DNA of 64,000 nt. It comes from an uncultured Gammaproteobacteria bacterium (GTDB taxonomy: Bacteria; Patescibacteriota; Microgenomatia; Daviesbacterales; UBA10151). A program made the position numbers and the translations under genes. The stretch is taken from positions 21,543 through 85,542 of the forward strand of contig CAYQAW010000004.1 of the NCBI GenBank assembly GCA_964415615.1, read 5' to 3'. The notes below the pieces were generated by a model, which searched no databases, was not told the DNA's origin, and saw nothing but the letters and a program-made list of their open reading frames with translations. Below are positions 43,504 to 53,838 of this stretch, piece after piece. Position 1 is the stretch's first letter. The number at the start of each line of letters is the position of its first letter.

Positions 43504-46192
43504 AACAGTGTATTATAAGCATCCCCTATTAGCAACTTGTATCATTATACTAAGCTGTTTCTGGATTTTTTGGTCTCCTGGAATCAGAGTAGCAACTGAT
43601 TACCATCTGTCTTCCAAAGTAGGTTTGCTAAGTATTTTTCCTTGGAGCTGGAGAGAATTTGAGGTGGGGGATGGATTAGGAGAGTATACCGCTGTGACTT
43701 TATGGAGCCAGCCGCTTTTGTCATTATCTTCCTTATTAAATTTTACTTTTGTTGGTGACGAGGTTCCAACAAAAATAATAGGAGCGATTATACTAATAGG
43801 TGGCATACTGGGTATCTGGAAATTGTTAGATTATTTTAAGCTTGGAAATTGGGGAAAATGCTTAGCTTCGGTATTCTTTATTTTGAACAGCTTTTTTTTA
43901 TTAATGTTTGATGGAGGGCAATTTTCACTTAATTTAGCCTATGTTAGTATTCCTTATGCCTTGTTAGCCTTTATAAAACTGGTAGAGTCTGGTCTCTGGC
44001 AGGATAGAGTTAAGTTTACTATTACTATCTTACTAATATCCTCTCTTGATATAAGAATATTATTTTTGTCGGTAATTATTTTAGGATTATACCTTTTGGG
44101 TAAGATTCTAGTTAAGTTTAAAGCGAGAGAAACGGTCAAACTATTTAAAAATTTGTATTTATCCGTTTTGTTTACTGGCGTTATTTTAGTTGGATTCCAT
44201 GCTTATTGGTTATTACCTTCTTTCATTGCTAAGTCTCCTAGTTTACCCTTAACTTATGATCGCTTAGATCAAGTAAGATTTTTAAGCTTTTCTTCTATAG
44301 CCCATTCTTTATTCTTACAGCAACCTCACTGGTATAAAAATATTTTTGGTCACATTAGCCAGCCTCAATTTGAGTTTATATTGATACCAATACTAGTATT
44401 TCTATCTCCGATATTAATTAAAAGGAATCGTTGGATAACCTTTTGGTTAGGTGTGGCTTTGCTAGGAGTGTTTTTGAGCAAGGGTTCACAAGATCCTTTG
44501 TCTGGTATATATTTGTGGTTATTTAGTTATTTTCCTTTCTTCTCTGTTTTTAGAGATCCAGTTAAGTTCTATTTTTTAACAGCTTTAGCCTACAGTGTGT
44601 TAATAGGTTTTACTACTGATGCTATTACCAAACTTCAAAGGATCAATCGGATTACTAGTCTGAGTATTAAATTAGCGCCTAAATTAATTTTACTTTACCT
44701 GATTATATTGATCAATCCAATGTATTTAGGCCAAATGCTGGGTATGATCTCACAACCAGTAAATTTAGAAAAATATAGAGGTATGGCAAATATCTTAAGG
44801 GCTGACTCATCGTTTTCCCGAGTTTTATGGTTACCATTTAGCCAACCACTTAGCTATTCTAGTCTTGCGCACCCTTTACTTGAGGCCTCCAGACTATCTA
44901 CTAAAAGACCCTTTGCAATAGGAACAGTTGGGACATATGAGACAAATAACTTCCTGAGAGAAGCTCCATATATGGGTGAAATCTTTGATGTGGCAGGGAT
45001 TGGTTATATTGTAAATCCTTATCTTGATCCAAGAAGGGATGATATGCATCCTGATAATATTAAGTATTACTATACTTTTTTGGATCAGCTTTCAAGAAGG
45101 CCCTGGCTTACAAGATTAGAGAACCCTTACATACCTGTTTTAAAGACGAAGCAACATCAAGATAAATTTTTTGTTTCCTCTAATACTTGGTGGGTTATTG
45201 GATCAGACAATATCTATAATCAGGCAACGACAAGCGCGAATTTAAGACTTGCCAACAATGCCATGATATTTGTTGAAGAATCACCAGGTTTGGGTAATAG
45301 AATTGATGAGTTATCAGATGTTAAGGTGATACTAAACAATAAGACTAATACAGACTTTGCAGCAAGCTTTATCGATCCTTTAAAACTAATTTTTCCAGCG
45401 AAGAGTTTAAACTTTAGTCCTGATAAATCTGGCTGGTGGAAGAGGGAAGCAGCAGATTTAGTTTCTTGGAGAGCTTTTTTACGCAGTAAATACAATATTG
45501 ATAACCTGGATTTTGATTTAGGCGGCGGATGGGCAATAGGAGAAGGAAAATTAGAATTAAGAATTATGAATTATGAATTAAGGCAAGACAAGATATTACT
45601 AGCAAGGGTGATGGAGAGTTCAAGAAGTGGAGAATTAAAATATTATCAGGATGGGAAATTACTTGGTCAGATAAATACTAAGAATCAAGAGAACAATGTG
45701 AGATGGTTTGAGGTAGGTAGATTAAATTCTGATAGGGCATTAACAATTGTTTCAGAGGGAGATATTAATGTGGTGAATGCTTTAGCGGTTTTAGATAAAA
45801 ACGAATGGTTAGGTTATCAAGATAAAGCTAAGGAGCTGCAGGAAAGGGTTGTAACTTTTGATGAGAAGAATGCTCAAAATATCTCACAACCTGCAGTTAG
45901 ATATGAACAGATAAATCCTACTAAATATAAAGTAATTATAAGTAATTTGACTCAATCTGCATTTTTGGTATTTTCTCAGAATTATGATGGTTTATGGAAA
46001 ATAGATAATCAACCTTCTCTGCCAGTATATAGTCTGCTAAATGGGTTTAGAGTAGATAAAAATGGGGAATATACAGTTGAATTTGAGCCTCAAAAATATA
46101 TAATTCCAGGGTTAATAGTAACAGCTATTACTTGTTTCTCTTTAATTTTTATCTTAGTTTTCACCACAAAAAAATTCAAATCTAGGCTATAA
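43487..46192 (+). CDS. Large GT-C-like membrane protein (AftD/YfhO-like), fourth family member
   Basis: Many TM segments, FILNS, FRDPVKF, RVLWLP, C-terminal INPTKY..FSQNYD..W..LLNGF..FEPQ plus TM. Confidence 0.62.
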   Translation: MIKNSKTVYYKHPLLATCIIILSCFWIFWSPGIRVATDYHLSSKVGLLSIFPWSWREFEVGDGLGEYTAVTLWSQPLLSLSSLLNFTFVGDEVPTKIIGAIILIGGILGIWKLLDYFKLGNWGKCLASVFFILNSFFLLMFDGGQFSLNLAYVSIPYALLAFIKLVESGLWQDRVKFTITILLISSLDIRILFLSVIILGLYLLGKILVKFKARETVKLFKNLYLSVLFTGVILVGFHAYWLLPSFIAKSPSLPLTYDRLDQVRFLSFSSIAHSLFLQQPHWYKNIFGHISQPQFEFILIPILVFLSPILIKRNRWITFWLGVALLGVFLSKGSQDPLSGIYLWLFSYFPFFSVFRDPVKFYFLTALAYSVLIGFTTDAITKLQRINRITSLSIKLAPKLILLYLIILINPMYLGQMLGMISQPVNLEKYRGMANILRADSSFSRVLWLPFSQPLSYSSLAHPLLEASRLSTKRPFAIGTVGTYETNNFLREAPYMGEIFDVAGIGYIVNPYLDPRRDDMHPDNIKYYYTFLDQLSRRPWLTRLENPYIPVLKTKQHQDKFFVSSNTWWVIGSDNIYNQATTSANLRLANNAMIFVEESPGLGNRIDELSDVKVILNNKTNTDFAASFIDPLKLIFPAKSLNFSPDKSGWWKREAADLVSWRAFLRSKYNIDNLDFDLGGGWAIGEGKLELRIMNYELRQDKILLARVMESSRSGELKYYQDGKLLGQINTKNQENNVRWFEVGRLNSDRALTIVSEGDINVVNALAVLDKNEWLGYQDKAKELQERVVTFDEKNAQNISQPAVRYEQINPTKYKVIISNLTQSAFLVFSQNYDGLWKIDNQPSLPVYSLLNGFRVDKNGEYTVEFEPQKYIIPGLIVTAITCFSLIFILVFTTKKFKSRL
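45547..45581 (+). repeat. Heptamer tandem repeat (GAATTA[A/T]) inside a CDS
   Basis: aaaatta gaattaa gaattat gaattat gaattaa, encoding KLELRIMNYELR. Confidence 0.7.
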
Positions 46193-46200
46193 TAATTAAT

Positions 46201-47475
46201 ATGCTTAGATCTATTTTTAAAACCGCAACATTTAAGCAATCGCAAATCACAACGGTAGGGACTGTTCTAAATGGAGGACTGGGGGCTCTTTTTTATGTTT
46301 TGCTAGCCAGATTTATGGGGCCTGCTGAGTTTGGGTTGCTGACCATCTCCATAACTACATTAGTGCTTATAGCAGATATTGCGGATATAGGTACAAATAC
46401 AGGTTTGATTCGCTTTGTTTCCTTAAATATGGCGCAAAATAGAGAAAAGGGCTTAAAGTTTTTAAAATTAAGTTTAGAAATAAAGCTAGTAGCATGGCTT
46501 TTAGCGTTTATAACCATCTTTCTATTGTCTCCATTTTTGGCAAATCAAATTTTCCATAAGCCTGAGCTAATTTGGCCACTTAGGCTTGTGGGGTTTGGTG
46601 TGGGAGGAGCATTGCTTTTTAGTTTTGTTACCTCTAGCTTGCAGGCGTTCCAGAGGTATTTTATGTGGAGTATGGTAAATATTGTCACTAACGCTTTACG
46701 TCTGGTTTTGGTTTTTGTTTTGGGCTATTACCTGCTGATCAATGTTGAAAGTGTTTTATTTGTGTATGTTCTCTTACCTTTTTTTGGGTTTTTTTTGACA
46801 CTTTTTATTCTGCCAAGCAGGGATGTATTTAGAGCAAAAGATGAATTCAATTTACTTCAGGAACTTCTAAAGTATAATATGTCGGTAGCTCTTTTTTCGA
46901 TTTTTGCCGCATTTTCCGCTAGATTAGATACTTTTCTAAATGCAGCTTTGCTTTCCAGCAGAGAAGTGGGTATTTATGGAGCGGCGAATCAGTTGGTTCA
47001 AATTATGCCTCAACTAGTGTCAGCCTTGGGATTAGTTTCAGCTCCCAAATTTGCCTCCTTTCAAAAAAATAATCAAATGCTGGTTTACTTTAAAAAGTTT
47101 CAGCTTTTTGTCTTAGGGCTGTGTTTGGTTGGGCTTTTAACCATTCCTATTTCAGCTTATCTGATTCCAATGCTTTTTGGTTCATCTTACCGTGAGGCGG
47201 TAACACCCTTTGTATATTTATTTTTAGGGCAGCTAATTTTTCTTTTCTCAATACCAGTGCATCATAGTATCATCTTTTATTTCGGTAGGCCAGATATTTT
47301 TATCTGGGTGGCTTTAGGGAATCTTGCGATAATTGGTGGTTTAGGATATTGGATGATTTCAAATTTTGGGATTATAGGTGCTGCTGTTACCGTACTTGTG
47401 GGCATGCTTTTTAATTTTGTATGTCCTTTAATTTGGTTATTTATTAAATTACGGAAATCAGGAGATAAAACATGA
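46201..47475 (+). CDS. wzx: Wzx-type oligosaccharide flippase (MOP superfamily)
   Basis: About 12 TM segments; LARFMGPAEFG, D.G...GLIRF, RLD, EVGIYGAA, PKFA, GIIGAA. TATAAT lies 7 nt before the ATG. Confidence 0.85.
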   Translation: MLRSIFKTATFKQSQITTVGTVLNGGLGALFYVLLARFMGPAEFGLLTISITTLVLIADIADIGTNTGLIRFVSLNMAQNREKGLKFLKLSLEIKLVAWLLAFITIFLLSPFLANQIFHKPELIWPLRLVGFGVGGALLFSFVTSSLQAFQRYFMWSMVNIVTNALRLVLVFVLGYYLLINVESVLFVYVLLPFFGFFLTLFILPSRDVFRAKDEFNLLQELLKYNMSVALFSIFAAFSARLDTFLNAALLSSREVGIYGAANQLVQIMPQLVSALGLVSAPKFASFQKNNQMLVYFKKFQLFVLGLCLVGLLTIPISAYLIPMLFGSSYREAVTPFVYLFLGQLIFLFSIPVHHSIIFYFGRPDIFIWVALGNLAIIGGLGYWMISNFGIIGAAVTVLVGMLFNFVCPLIWLFIKLRKSGDKT

Positions 47476-48269
47476 AAATCTGGGCTAATACAATTGTGCA
47501 TAATGAGGAAAATTTTATTTGGTTTGCTATCATGAGTGTTATAGATTATGTAGATAAAATTTTAGTTTGGGATACAGGCTCGACTGATCAAACAGTCGAA
47601 ATTATTAAAGAGATAATTAAGAAAAAGGGTGATAAGATTGAGTTTAAGGAGGTTGGTCTTACTGATAAATACGAATTTACTAAAATGCGCCAGGCTATGC
47701 TTGAGCAATCAAAGTGTGATTGGATCTTAGTTTTAGATGGAGATGAGATTTGGTGGGAAGATTCAATTAAACAACTAGCTAAAGAAATCAATAGCAAGGG
47801 AAAGAGTATTGAGGGGATAGTAGTGCCAATGGTTGTGCCGGTTGGAGATATTTATCATTTCCAAGAAGAGTTAGCTGGTAGGTATAAGTTATTAGGGAAA
47901 ATGGGTCATTATAACCTGAGGGTCATCAACAGGAATATTCCTGGTTTACATGTAGCTTTTCCATATGGGAGAGAAGGTTATTTTGATATTGATGGAAATG
48001 AGGTTCAAAAAAGAAAGAAGATAATTTTTTCTGATACGCCTTATCTTCATCTTACTCACTTGGTGAGATCAAAAAAGAAAAGAATAAACAATAAGCATAA
48101 ATTAGAGTTAGGGAAAAGCTGTTCTAATGATTTTAAATATCCAGGTGTTTTGTTAGCCTCTTGCCCTGCAATTGTTCCTAATCCTTGGAGAAAAATATCT
48201 AGAGCGGATTTGATAATTGCTAAAATGATGACTCCGTTTAGAATAGTTAAAAGAAAGATTTTATTTTAA
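47472..48269 (+). CDS. Glycosyltransferase family 2
   Basis: IVHNEE, DTGSTDQT, WILVLDGDE. Confidence 0.88.
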   Translation: MKIWANTIVHNEENFIWFAIMSVIDYVDKILVWDTGSTDQTVEIIKEIIKKKGDKIEFKEVGLTDKYEFTKMRQAMLEQSKCDWILVLDGDEIWWEDSIKQLAKEINSKGKSIEGIVVPMVVPVGDIYHFQEELAGRYKLLGKMGHYNLRVINRNIPGLHVAFPYGREGYFDIDGNEVQKRKKIIFSDTPYLHLTHLVRSKKKRINNKHKLELGKSCSNDFKYPGVLLASCPAIVPNPWRKISRADLIIAKMMTPFRIVKRKILF

Positions 48270-48413
48270 TAGTTCCCCTTAAGAGGCGATACAGCTATAA
48301 AAGTACTATAATGGATTGTGGGGTAGTTTATTTGACCGAGGTGATCGGTTAAGAAAATATTTTTAGTTTTCATTACTTAATCATACCATCATGTCTTATG
48401 ATAATATTAATTA

Positions 48414-49952
48414 GTGAAAACAAGTTTTTTATACACTAAAGCTGAGTTTTTTTTGCTGTTTATCTTTGTTTCCCTTTCCGTTATAAAAATTGACAAGCCA
48501 GGTGTGAATACTGATCAATTACTTTTTGTAAATGCTGCTATTGGGCCGCTGGATTCCAGTTATATATATAAAGCAATACATGGAATTCCCGTGTTAATAA
48601 TGATTTATATAGGAGCACTGAAGGCCTATCTTTTCAAGCCAATCTTTTACTTATTCGGTGTTTCTATTTACTCAATTAGATTACCGATAATTGTAATTAT
48701 GACTTTTTCTTTATACCTATTGCATAAATGTATTTCCTTAGTAGACAAAAAAATAGCAATATTTACATTGATAATTCTAGCAACAGATCCAAGTTTTATT
48801 GCTTTTTCCAGAATAGATTACGGGCCGGTTGTTTTAGAATTCTTTTTTAAGGTAATCTCTTTACTTTTTTTTTATTACCTCGTTAATACAAAAAAACAAA
48901 AATATCTACTTCTTTTGTTAGCTTCGTTAGCATTGGGGCTATTTAACAAAACCAATTTTATTTGGTTTATTAATAGTTTATTATTTGCTACAGTTTTTAT
49001 CTTTAGACATGAAATTTTAGAAAAGAAGAGATTTATCTCTAGTAAACAAATATTAATAATATTTGTTTCGTATATATCATTTTTGTTTTATGGATTTTGG
49101 ATTTATAGAAAAGCTACAGTAGAGTATTCTGCAGAAGCTATCTCACTGTCTTTTTCTAAAATCTTAAACAATACTTCTATAGTCACTACTAATTTTATTA
49201 ATCTTATAAATGGTGAATCTCTTTTTAGACTAATTTACAATAAACCGCTACATGAATTTGCTACGTATTATTCGTACGTACTTATCTTGATTGTTATTCT
49301 TGGGGTTTTCTATATTATCAAAAATAGAAAACAGATTAATAATAAATTTACAAGATTTAATCTCTTTATTCTGATGCTTACTATATGTGTGTTTGTTCAG
49401 CTGTCTTTAACCTCAATTGCATTTTCGGCTTGGCATACATATTCTATTTATCCTTTTTTCGCAATACTTATTGCAATATCTTTAACTAGGATAAGGTTTT
49501 CCTATTTATTAGTAAGTGCCATAGTGCTATATAATTTGTTTTCATATTATAAATATATAAGTTATTACGATAAGCCGGTAAGCGACCTTAAATGGAGTAG
49601 TCAATTTTATGAACTTGTTAAGTTCACAGATTCTTTTTCTGGATTAGTATTGTCTACGGATGTTGGCATTCAAGCTAACTTTCTGGCTTTTTCAAATAAT
49701 TACAGTAAGTATACGCCTATAGAATGGATGGTTGATATACAATCCTATGAATCATATAAAAGTGTTCTGCAGGGATATTTTAAAAAGGATAGTAATATCT
49801 TAGTGGTTGTTCCCAATAACGAAAGCGTTATTTTTAAAGGAATACAACCTTATTTTGTCAGATTTATTAAGGACTACAGAATAAATTTAATAAAAATTAG
49901 AGAATTTAAGGATGGAGATAAAATTGCCTATACTGTTTATAAAGTAAAATAA
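48414..49952 (+). CDS. ArnT/PMT-like GT-C membrane glycosyltransferase
   Basis: PG...D after TM1, M.YIGALK, FG.S.YSIRLP, DPSFI.FSR.D.GP, GLFNK; GTG start 6 nt after TGaTAATAT. Confidence 0.7.
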   Translation: MKTSFLYTKAEFFLLFIFVSLSVIKIDKPGVNTDQLLFVNAAIGPLDSSYIYKAIHGIPVLIMIYIGALKAYLFKPIFYLFGVSIYSIRLPIIVIMTFSLYLLHKCISLVDKKIAIFTLIILATDPSFIAFSRIDYGPVVLEFFFKVISLLFFYYLVNTKKQKYLLLLLASLALGLFNKTNFIWFINSLLFATVFIFRHEILEKKRFISSKQILIIFVSYISFLFYGFWIYRKATVEYSAEAISLSFSKILNNTSIVTTNFINLINGESLFRLIYNKPLHEFATYYSYVLILIVILGVFYIIKNRKQINNKFTRFNLFILMLTICVFVQLSLTSIAFSAWHTYSIYPFFAILIAISLTRIRFSYLLVSAIVLYNLFSYYKYISYYDKPVSDLKWSSQFYELVKFTDSFSGLVLSTDVGIQANFLAFSNNYSKYTPIEWMVDIQSYESYKSVLQGYFKKDSNILVVVPNNESVIFKGIQPYFVRFIKDYRINLIKIREFKDGDKIAYTVYKVK

Positions 49953-49959
49953 ACGTAAA

Positions 49960-50661
49960 ATGAAAAATTCTAATTTTTATACTGGTACAAAGACTTTAGA
50001 AAGTATGAATGGAGCAAAATTTTATAATAGGTGGATCTTAAATAAATTTAAACATTTTTTAAAAGGAGATATTCTTGAAGTTGGTTGTGGGATAGGGAAT
50101 TTTTCTTCTGAATTATCCAAACACGGAAAAGTAACTGCTATTGATATAGATGTAGTTTTGATAAAAGAAATTAAAAATGAAAAAGAGTTTCAAATAGATG
50201 CTGGGTGGGGAGACATAGAAAAGGGTAAATATTTTTTTCAAGGAAAAACTTTTGATACAATTGTATGTTTAAATGTTTTGGAGCATATTAATCAAGATGT
50301 GCAAGCTTTAGAAAATATATTGAAGCTTATTAAAAAAGGAGGTAACTTGATTATCATAGTTCCGATTTATCAATTCTTATATGGAGAAATAGACAAAAAT
50401 ATTGGTCATTATCGGCGATATAACCCGCAGAGTATTATAAATCAGATTAAGAGTTTAGGATTGGAAATCATTTTATATAGAAAATTAAATTTCCTAGGTG
50501 CTATTGGATGGTTTTGTGCAGGCAGAGTTCTTAAAGATAAACATGTTGAGGCAGATAGGTTGTACTTATTTAATATTTTAGCACCGTTTTTTCTGGCCAT
50601 GGAAGATTTGATAGAACCACCAGTAGGTACTTCTATTATGATTATTGCGGAGAAGAAATAG
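49960..50661 (+). CDS. Class I SAM-dependent methyltransferase
   Basis: ILEVGCGIG, FDTIVCLNVLEH, VP....LY..ID...GHYRRY. Confidence 0.9.
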   Translation: MKNSNFYTGTKTLESMNGAKFYNRWILNKFKHFLKGDILEVGCGIGNFSSELSKHGKVTAIDIDVVLIKEIKNEKEFQIDAGWGDIEKGKYFFQGKTFDTIVCLNVLEHINQDVQALENILKLIKKGGNLIIIVPIYQFLYGEIDKNIGHYRRYNPQSIINQIKSLGLEIILYRKLNFLGAIGWFCAGRVLKDKHVEADRLYLFNILAPFFLAMEDLIEPPVGTSIMIIAEKK

Positions 50662-51381
50662 ATGAAACTTTCAATAATAATTCCTGTTTATGATGAAGAA
50701 AAAACAATAATGCAAATGATAAATAAAGTGAGCAAGATTAAACTGCAAGGCGCTATAAAAAAAGAGATTATAGTAGTGGATGATGGGTCGACCGATAACA
50801 CCGCAAAGGCATTATCAAAATTTAAAATTAAAAATAGCGGACAATTTAAATCTCTAAGACATGAAAAAAATAAAGGTAAAGGTGCAGCAATTAGAACGGG
50901 CATAAAAAATTCATCGGGTGATTTCATAATAATTCAGGATGCGGATTTAGAATATGATCCAGATGATTATTCAAAGCTTTTAGAGAAGATTATTAAAAGA
51001 GACGCTTTAGTGGTATATGGTTCGAGGTTGATGAATTATCCATTAAACTTATGGGGAAAAGATAAAACGGTTTTACCAACCCATTTAATAGCTAATAAGT
51101 TTTTGACATTCCTAACAAATCTTTTATTTCAAAGTCATTTAACAGACATGGAGACAGGGTATAAACTTTTTAATAGAAAGATTTTAGAAGATTTAAATTT
51201 AAAATCCAATAATTTTGATTTTGAAGCTGAAATAACTGCTAAAATATTAAAGCATAAAATTTCTATTTATGAAGTCCCTATTGTAACTTGCCCTAGAACA
51301 TATCAAGAAGGTAAGAAGATTGGATGGAAAGATGGACTTACGGCAATTTGGACATTACTTAAGTTTCGCTTTGTTGAATGA
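50662..51381 (+). CDS. GT2 polyprenol-phosphate glycosyltransferase (DPM1-like)
   Basis: [65 protein letters not shown]. Confidence 0.92.
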   Translation: MKLSIIIPVYDEEKTIMQMINKVSKIKLQGAIKKEIIVVDDGSTDNTAKALSKFKIKNSGQFKSLRHEKNKGKGAAIRTGIKNSSGDFIIIQDADLEYDPDDYSKLLEKIIKRDALVVYGSRLMNYPLNLWGKDKTVLPTHLIANKFLTFLTNLLFQSHLTDMETGYKLFNRKILEDLNLKSNNFDFEAEITAKILKHKISIYEVPIVTCPRTYQEGKKIGWKDGLTAIWTLLKFRFVE

Positions 51382-51385
51382 TTTT

Positions 51386-52330
51386 ATGAAAGTATTATTT
51401 TTAAGCAGATACCAGAATAGTGTGGAAAGAGGCGCAGAGGTTTTTGTCAGTGAGCTTACTCAAAGATTAGCAGTAAATCATACTGTAGAGATTTTTTCCG
51501 ATAAAAAAGCAGATTCCTTAAAAGATGTATTAACAGCGAAGGCTGATGTAGTTATCCCTATAAATGGAAGGATACAAAGTTTAAAAGTTTCTTTAGGTAG
51601 ATTTATTGGAAGATATAAAATATTAATTTCAGGTCATAGCGGTAAAGGTTGGGATGATATTTGGAATATAGCAATTGTCAAACCAGATGTATTTGTGGCA
51701 TTAACAGATGAGATGAGCAATTGGGTAAAGAGATGGGCTTGGGGAAATAAGGTAGTTAAGATCCCAAACGGCGTGGATTTAAATAAATTTTCACCCAAAG
51801 GAGAAAAGATTGAACTTAACTTGAAAAAACCGATTATTTTATCGGTTGGAGCCTTGGCTTGGTATAAGCATCATGAATTGGAAATAAAGGCGGTAAGTAA
51901 ATTGAATGTAGGTTCACTACTGATAGTTGGAAAGGGGGAAGGGAAACCTGTCTTGGAAAGTTTGGGGAGACAGTTATTGGGTGATAGATTTAAAATAATG
52001 GATTTCTCCTATCAGGATATGCCTAAAGTCTACAGGTCTTGTGAAATTTTCACGCTGCCTTCCTGGAATAGGGAAGCTTTTGGAATTGCATATATTGAGG
52101 CGCTTGCTTCTGGTCTCGGAGTGATCGCTCCAGACGACCTACAGAGAAAAGAGATAATCGGTGGAGGGGGATTGTTTACTGATGTTAACGACTCGGTTCG
52201 ATATGCAGAAACAATAAAAAGAGCTTTAGAAATTGATTGGTCACAAAAAGCCAGGACGCAATCTGAAAAGTTTTCTTGGGAAAAGATCGCTTTGGAATAT
52301 GAAAAATTGATTTTGGATATGGTAGGATAA
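51386..52330 (+). CDS. Glycosyltransferase family 4
   Basis: RGAE, IPNGVD, SVGAL..YK, EAFGIAYIEALASG, FSWE. Start at ATG 51386. Confidence 0.9.
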   Translation: MKVLFLSRYQNSVERGAEVFVSELTQRLAVNHTVEIFSDKKADSLKDVLTAKADVVIPINGRIQSLKVSLGRFIGRYKILISGHSGKGWDDIWNIAIVKPDVFVALTDEMSNWVKRWAWGNKVVKIPNGVDLNKFSPKGEKIELNLKKPIILSVGALAWYKHHELEIKAVSKLNVGSLLIVGKGEGKPVLESLGRQLLGDRFKIMDFSYQDMPKVYRSCEIFTLPSWNREAFGIAYIEALASGLGVIAPDDLQRKEIIGGGGLFTDVNDSVRYAETIKRALEIDWSQKARTQSEKFSWEKIALEYEKLILDMVG

Positions 52331-52337
52331 ATTGATT

Positions 52338-53105
52338 ATGAAATTGGATCTAACTTCCTTTTATGAAAGCTCGGAAAGGCTGGAGTATCATCCCAGCTCT
52401 TTGATGATGAAAAAGAGGACTGGAATTAAAAGATTGATTGCTTTTGATGATAGGTTTGAAAGAGTAAAAAAAGAATTAGAAAAACTGATTACACAAAATG
52501 CAAACCTGCCTGTAAAAATATTAGATATTGGGATAGGGGACGGAGTATATGAGTTTAGTTTGAATGAAGAGATTAAGGCAAAATGTGAGTTTTTCGGAGT
52601 TGATATAAGCGAAAAACAGATGGCAAGAGTACGTAAGTTATTAAAAGAATCAAAAGTAGTAGATCTAAACTTGCAGAAATTACCATATCAGGCTAATAGT
52701 TTTGATATTGTTATTGTATCTGAGATTTTAGAACATGTTTTCTATCCAGAAAAAATACTTCAGGAAGCGCAAAGAGTCTTAAAGATAAATGGATTTATCA
52801 TTTTAACCTTTCCTAACTCTTCCTGTTTGCAGCTCAGACTGGGATTGCTATTTAAGGGTAGCTCACCGCTCTTAAATTACCCGGAAAATAAGGAACATAT
52901 CAGGTTTTTCTCAAGCTCTAATATTCAAAGCTTGCTAGATAATAGTGTCAAGCTTGTAAATAAAATAGGGGTAGGATCTTTTCTTTTTGACAAATGGAAT
53001 TTTATTTCCAAAATTCCTATGCCAAGACTAATACAGGTTGTGGGGAATAAATTTTTTCCTTCTTTGGCTTTAGGAAACATACTTATTTTACAGAAAAATG
53101 ATTAG
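52338..53105 (+). CDS. Class I SAM-dependent methyltransferase
   Basis: ILDIGIGDG, GVDIS, LPY..NSFD, EILEH, RVLK.NG, PN, EHIRFF. Confidence 0.9.
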   Translation: MKLDLTSFYESSERLEYHPSSLMMKKRTGIKRLIAFDDRFERVKKELEKLITQNANLPVKILDIGIGDGVYEFSLNEEIKAKCEFFGVDISEKQMARVRKLLKESKVVDLNLQKLPYQANSFDIVIVSEILEHVFYPEKILQEAQRVLKINGFIILTFPNSSCLQLRLGLLFKGSSPLLNYPENKEHIRFFSSSNIQSLLDNSVKLVNKIGVGSFLFDKWNFISKIPMPRLIQVVGNKFFPSLALGNILILQKND

Positions 53106-53838
53106 CGCAACAATTATCACATTAAATGAACAGGAAAAAATTGGCAAAGCTCTTGGAAGTCTAAAGGGTCTTGCTCAGGAAGTGATAGTGGTAGATTCGG
53201 GTAGCGATGACAGCACCTTAAGTATTTGTAAAGATTTTAAGGTGCAGATCTTTATACGCAAATTCGACAATTTCGCAAATCAAAAAAATTATGCGTTATC
53301 AAAAACAAAAGGGGATTGGATTATCTCTTTGGATGCTGATGAGGAAATATCACCTGCTTTAGCAAATGAGATTCGAGAGGCGATTAAAAGCAGTGAATAT
53401 GCAGCGTATTTAATCCCAAGGAGAAATTTTATTCTAGGCGCGGAAATAAAATATTCGAGGTGGAGTCCAGACAGGCATATCTGGTTATGGAAGAAGAATA
53501 GCGGTAAATGGGTAGGAGGCGTTCATGAGGAGGTGGTTGTCAGTGGTAAAATAGGTAAGCTTGTACATAGCAAGATACATAATTCGCATAAAACATTAAA
53601 TGAATTTATCGAGACGAATAATCTATACTCTTCTTTAGAAGCAGAAAATTGGATAAAAAATAACAAAAAATTTTCTGCCTGGAATATGTTTTCAGATGCG
53701 CTACTTGAGTTTTTCTTAAGATTTTTATATAAAAAGGGATTTTTGGATGGAAGCAAGGGGTTTGCGCTTGCATATATGATGGGAATTTATAAATTAACAG
53801 TCTGGATTAAACTTTGGGAGCTGGAGAGAAGAAAATGA
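53098..53838 (+). CDS. Glycosyltransferase family 2 (WaaE/KdtX-like)
   Basis: IITLNE, VDSGSDD.T, F..QKN, W..SLDADE, VHE, KGFLDG..G. Confidence 0.9.
   Translation: MISATIITLNEQEKIGKALGSLKGLAQEVIVVDSGSDDSTLSICKDFKVQIFIRKFDNFANQKNYALSKTKGDWIISLDADEEISPALANEIREAIKSSEYAAYLIPRRNFILGAEIKYSRWSPDRHIWLWKKNSGKWVGGVHEEVVVSGKIGKLVHSKIHNSHKTLNEFIETNNLYSSLEAENWIKNNKKFSAWNMFSDALLEFFLRFLYKKGFLDGSKGFALAYMMGIYKLTVWIKLWELERRK

Noticed and set aside
48332-48352. Hairpin TTGACCGA-GGTGA-TCGGTTAA as an intrinsic terminator
   Set aside because: Short stem with a G-U pair and no immediately following U-tract; too weak to call.
50815-50835. Degenerate heptamer run (TCAAAAT TTAAAAT TAAAAAT) in the DPM1-like gene
   Set aside because: Only three imperfect units in very AT-rich sequence; not distinguishable from background.
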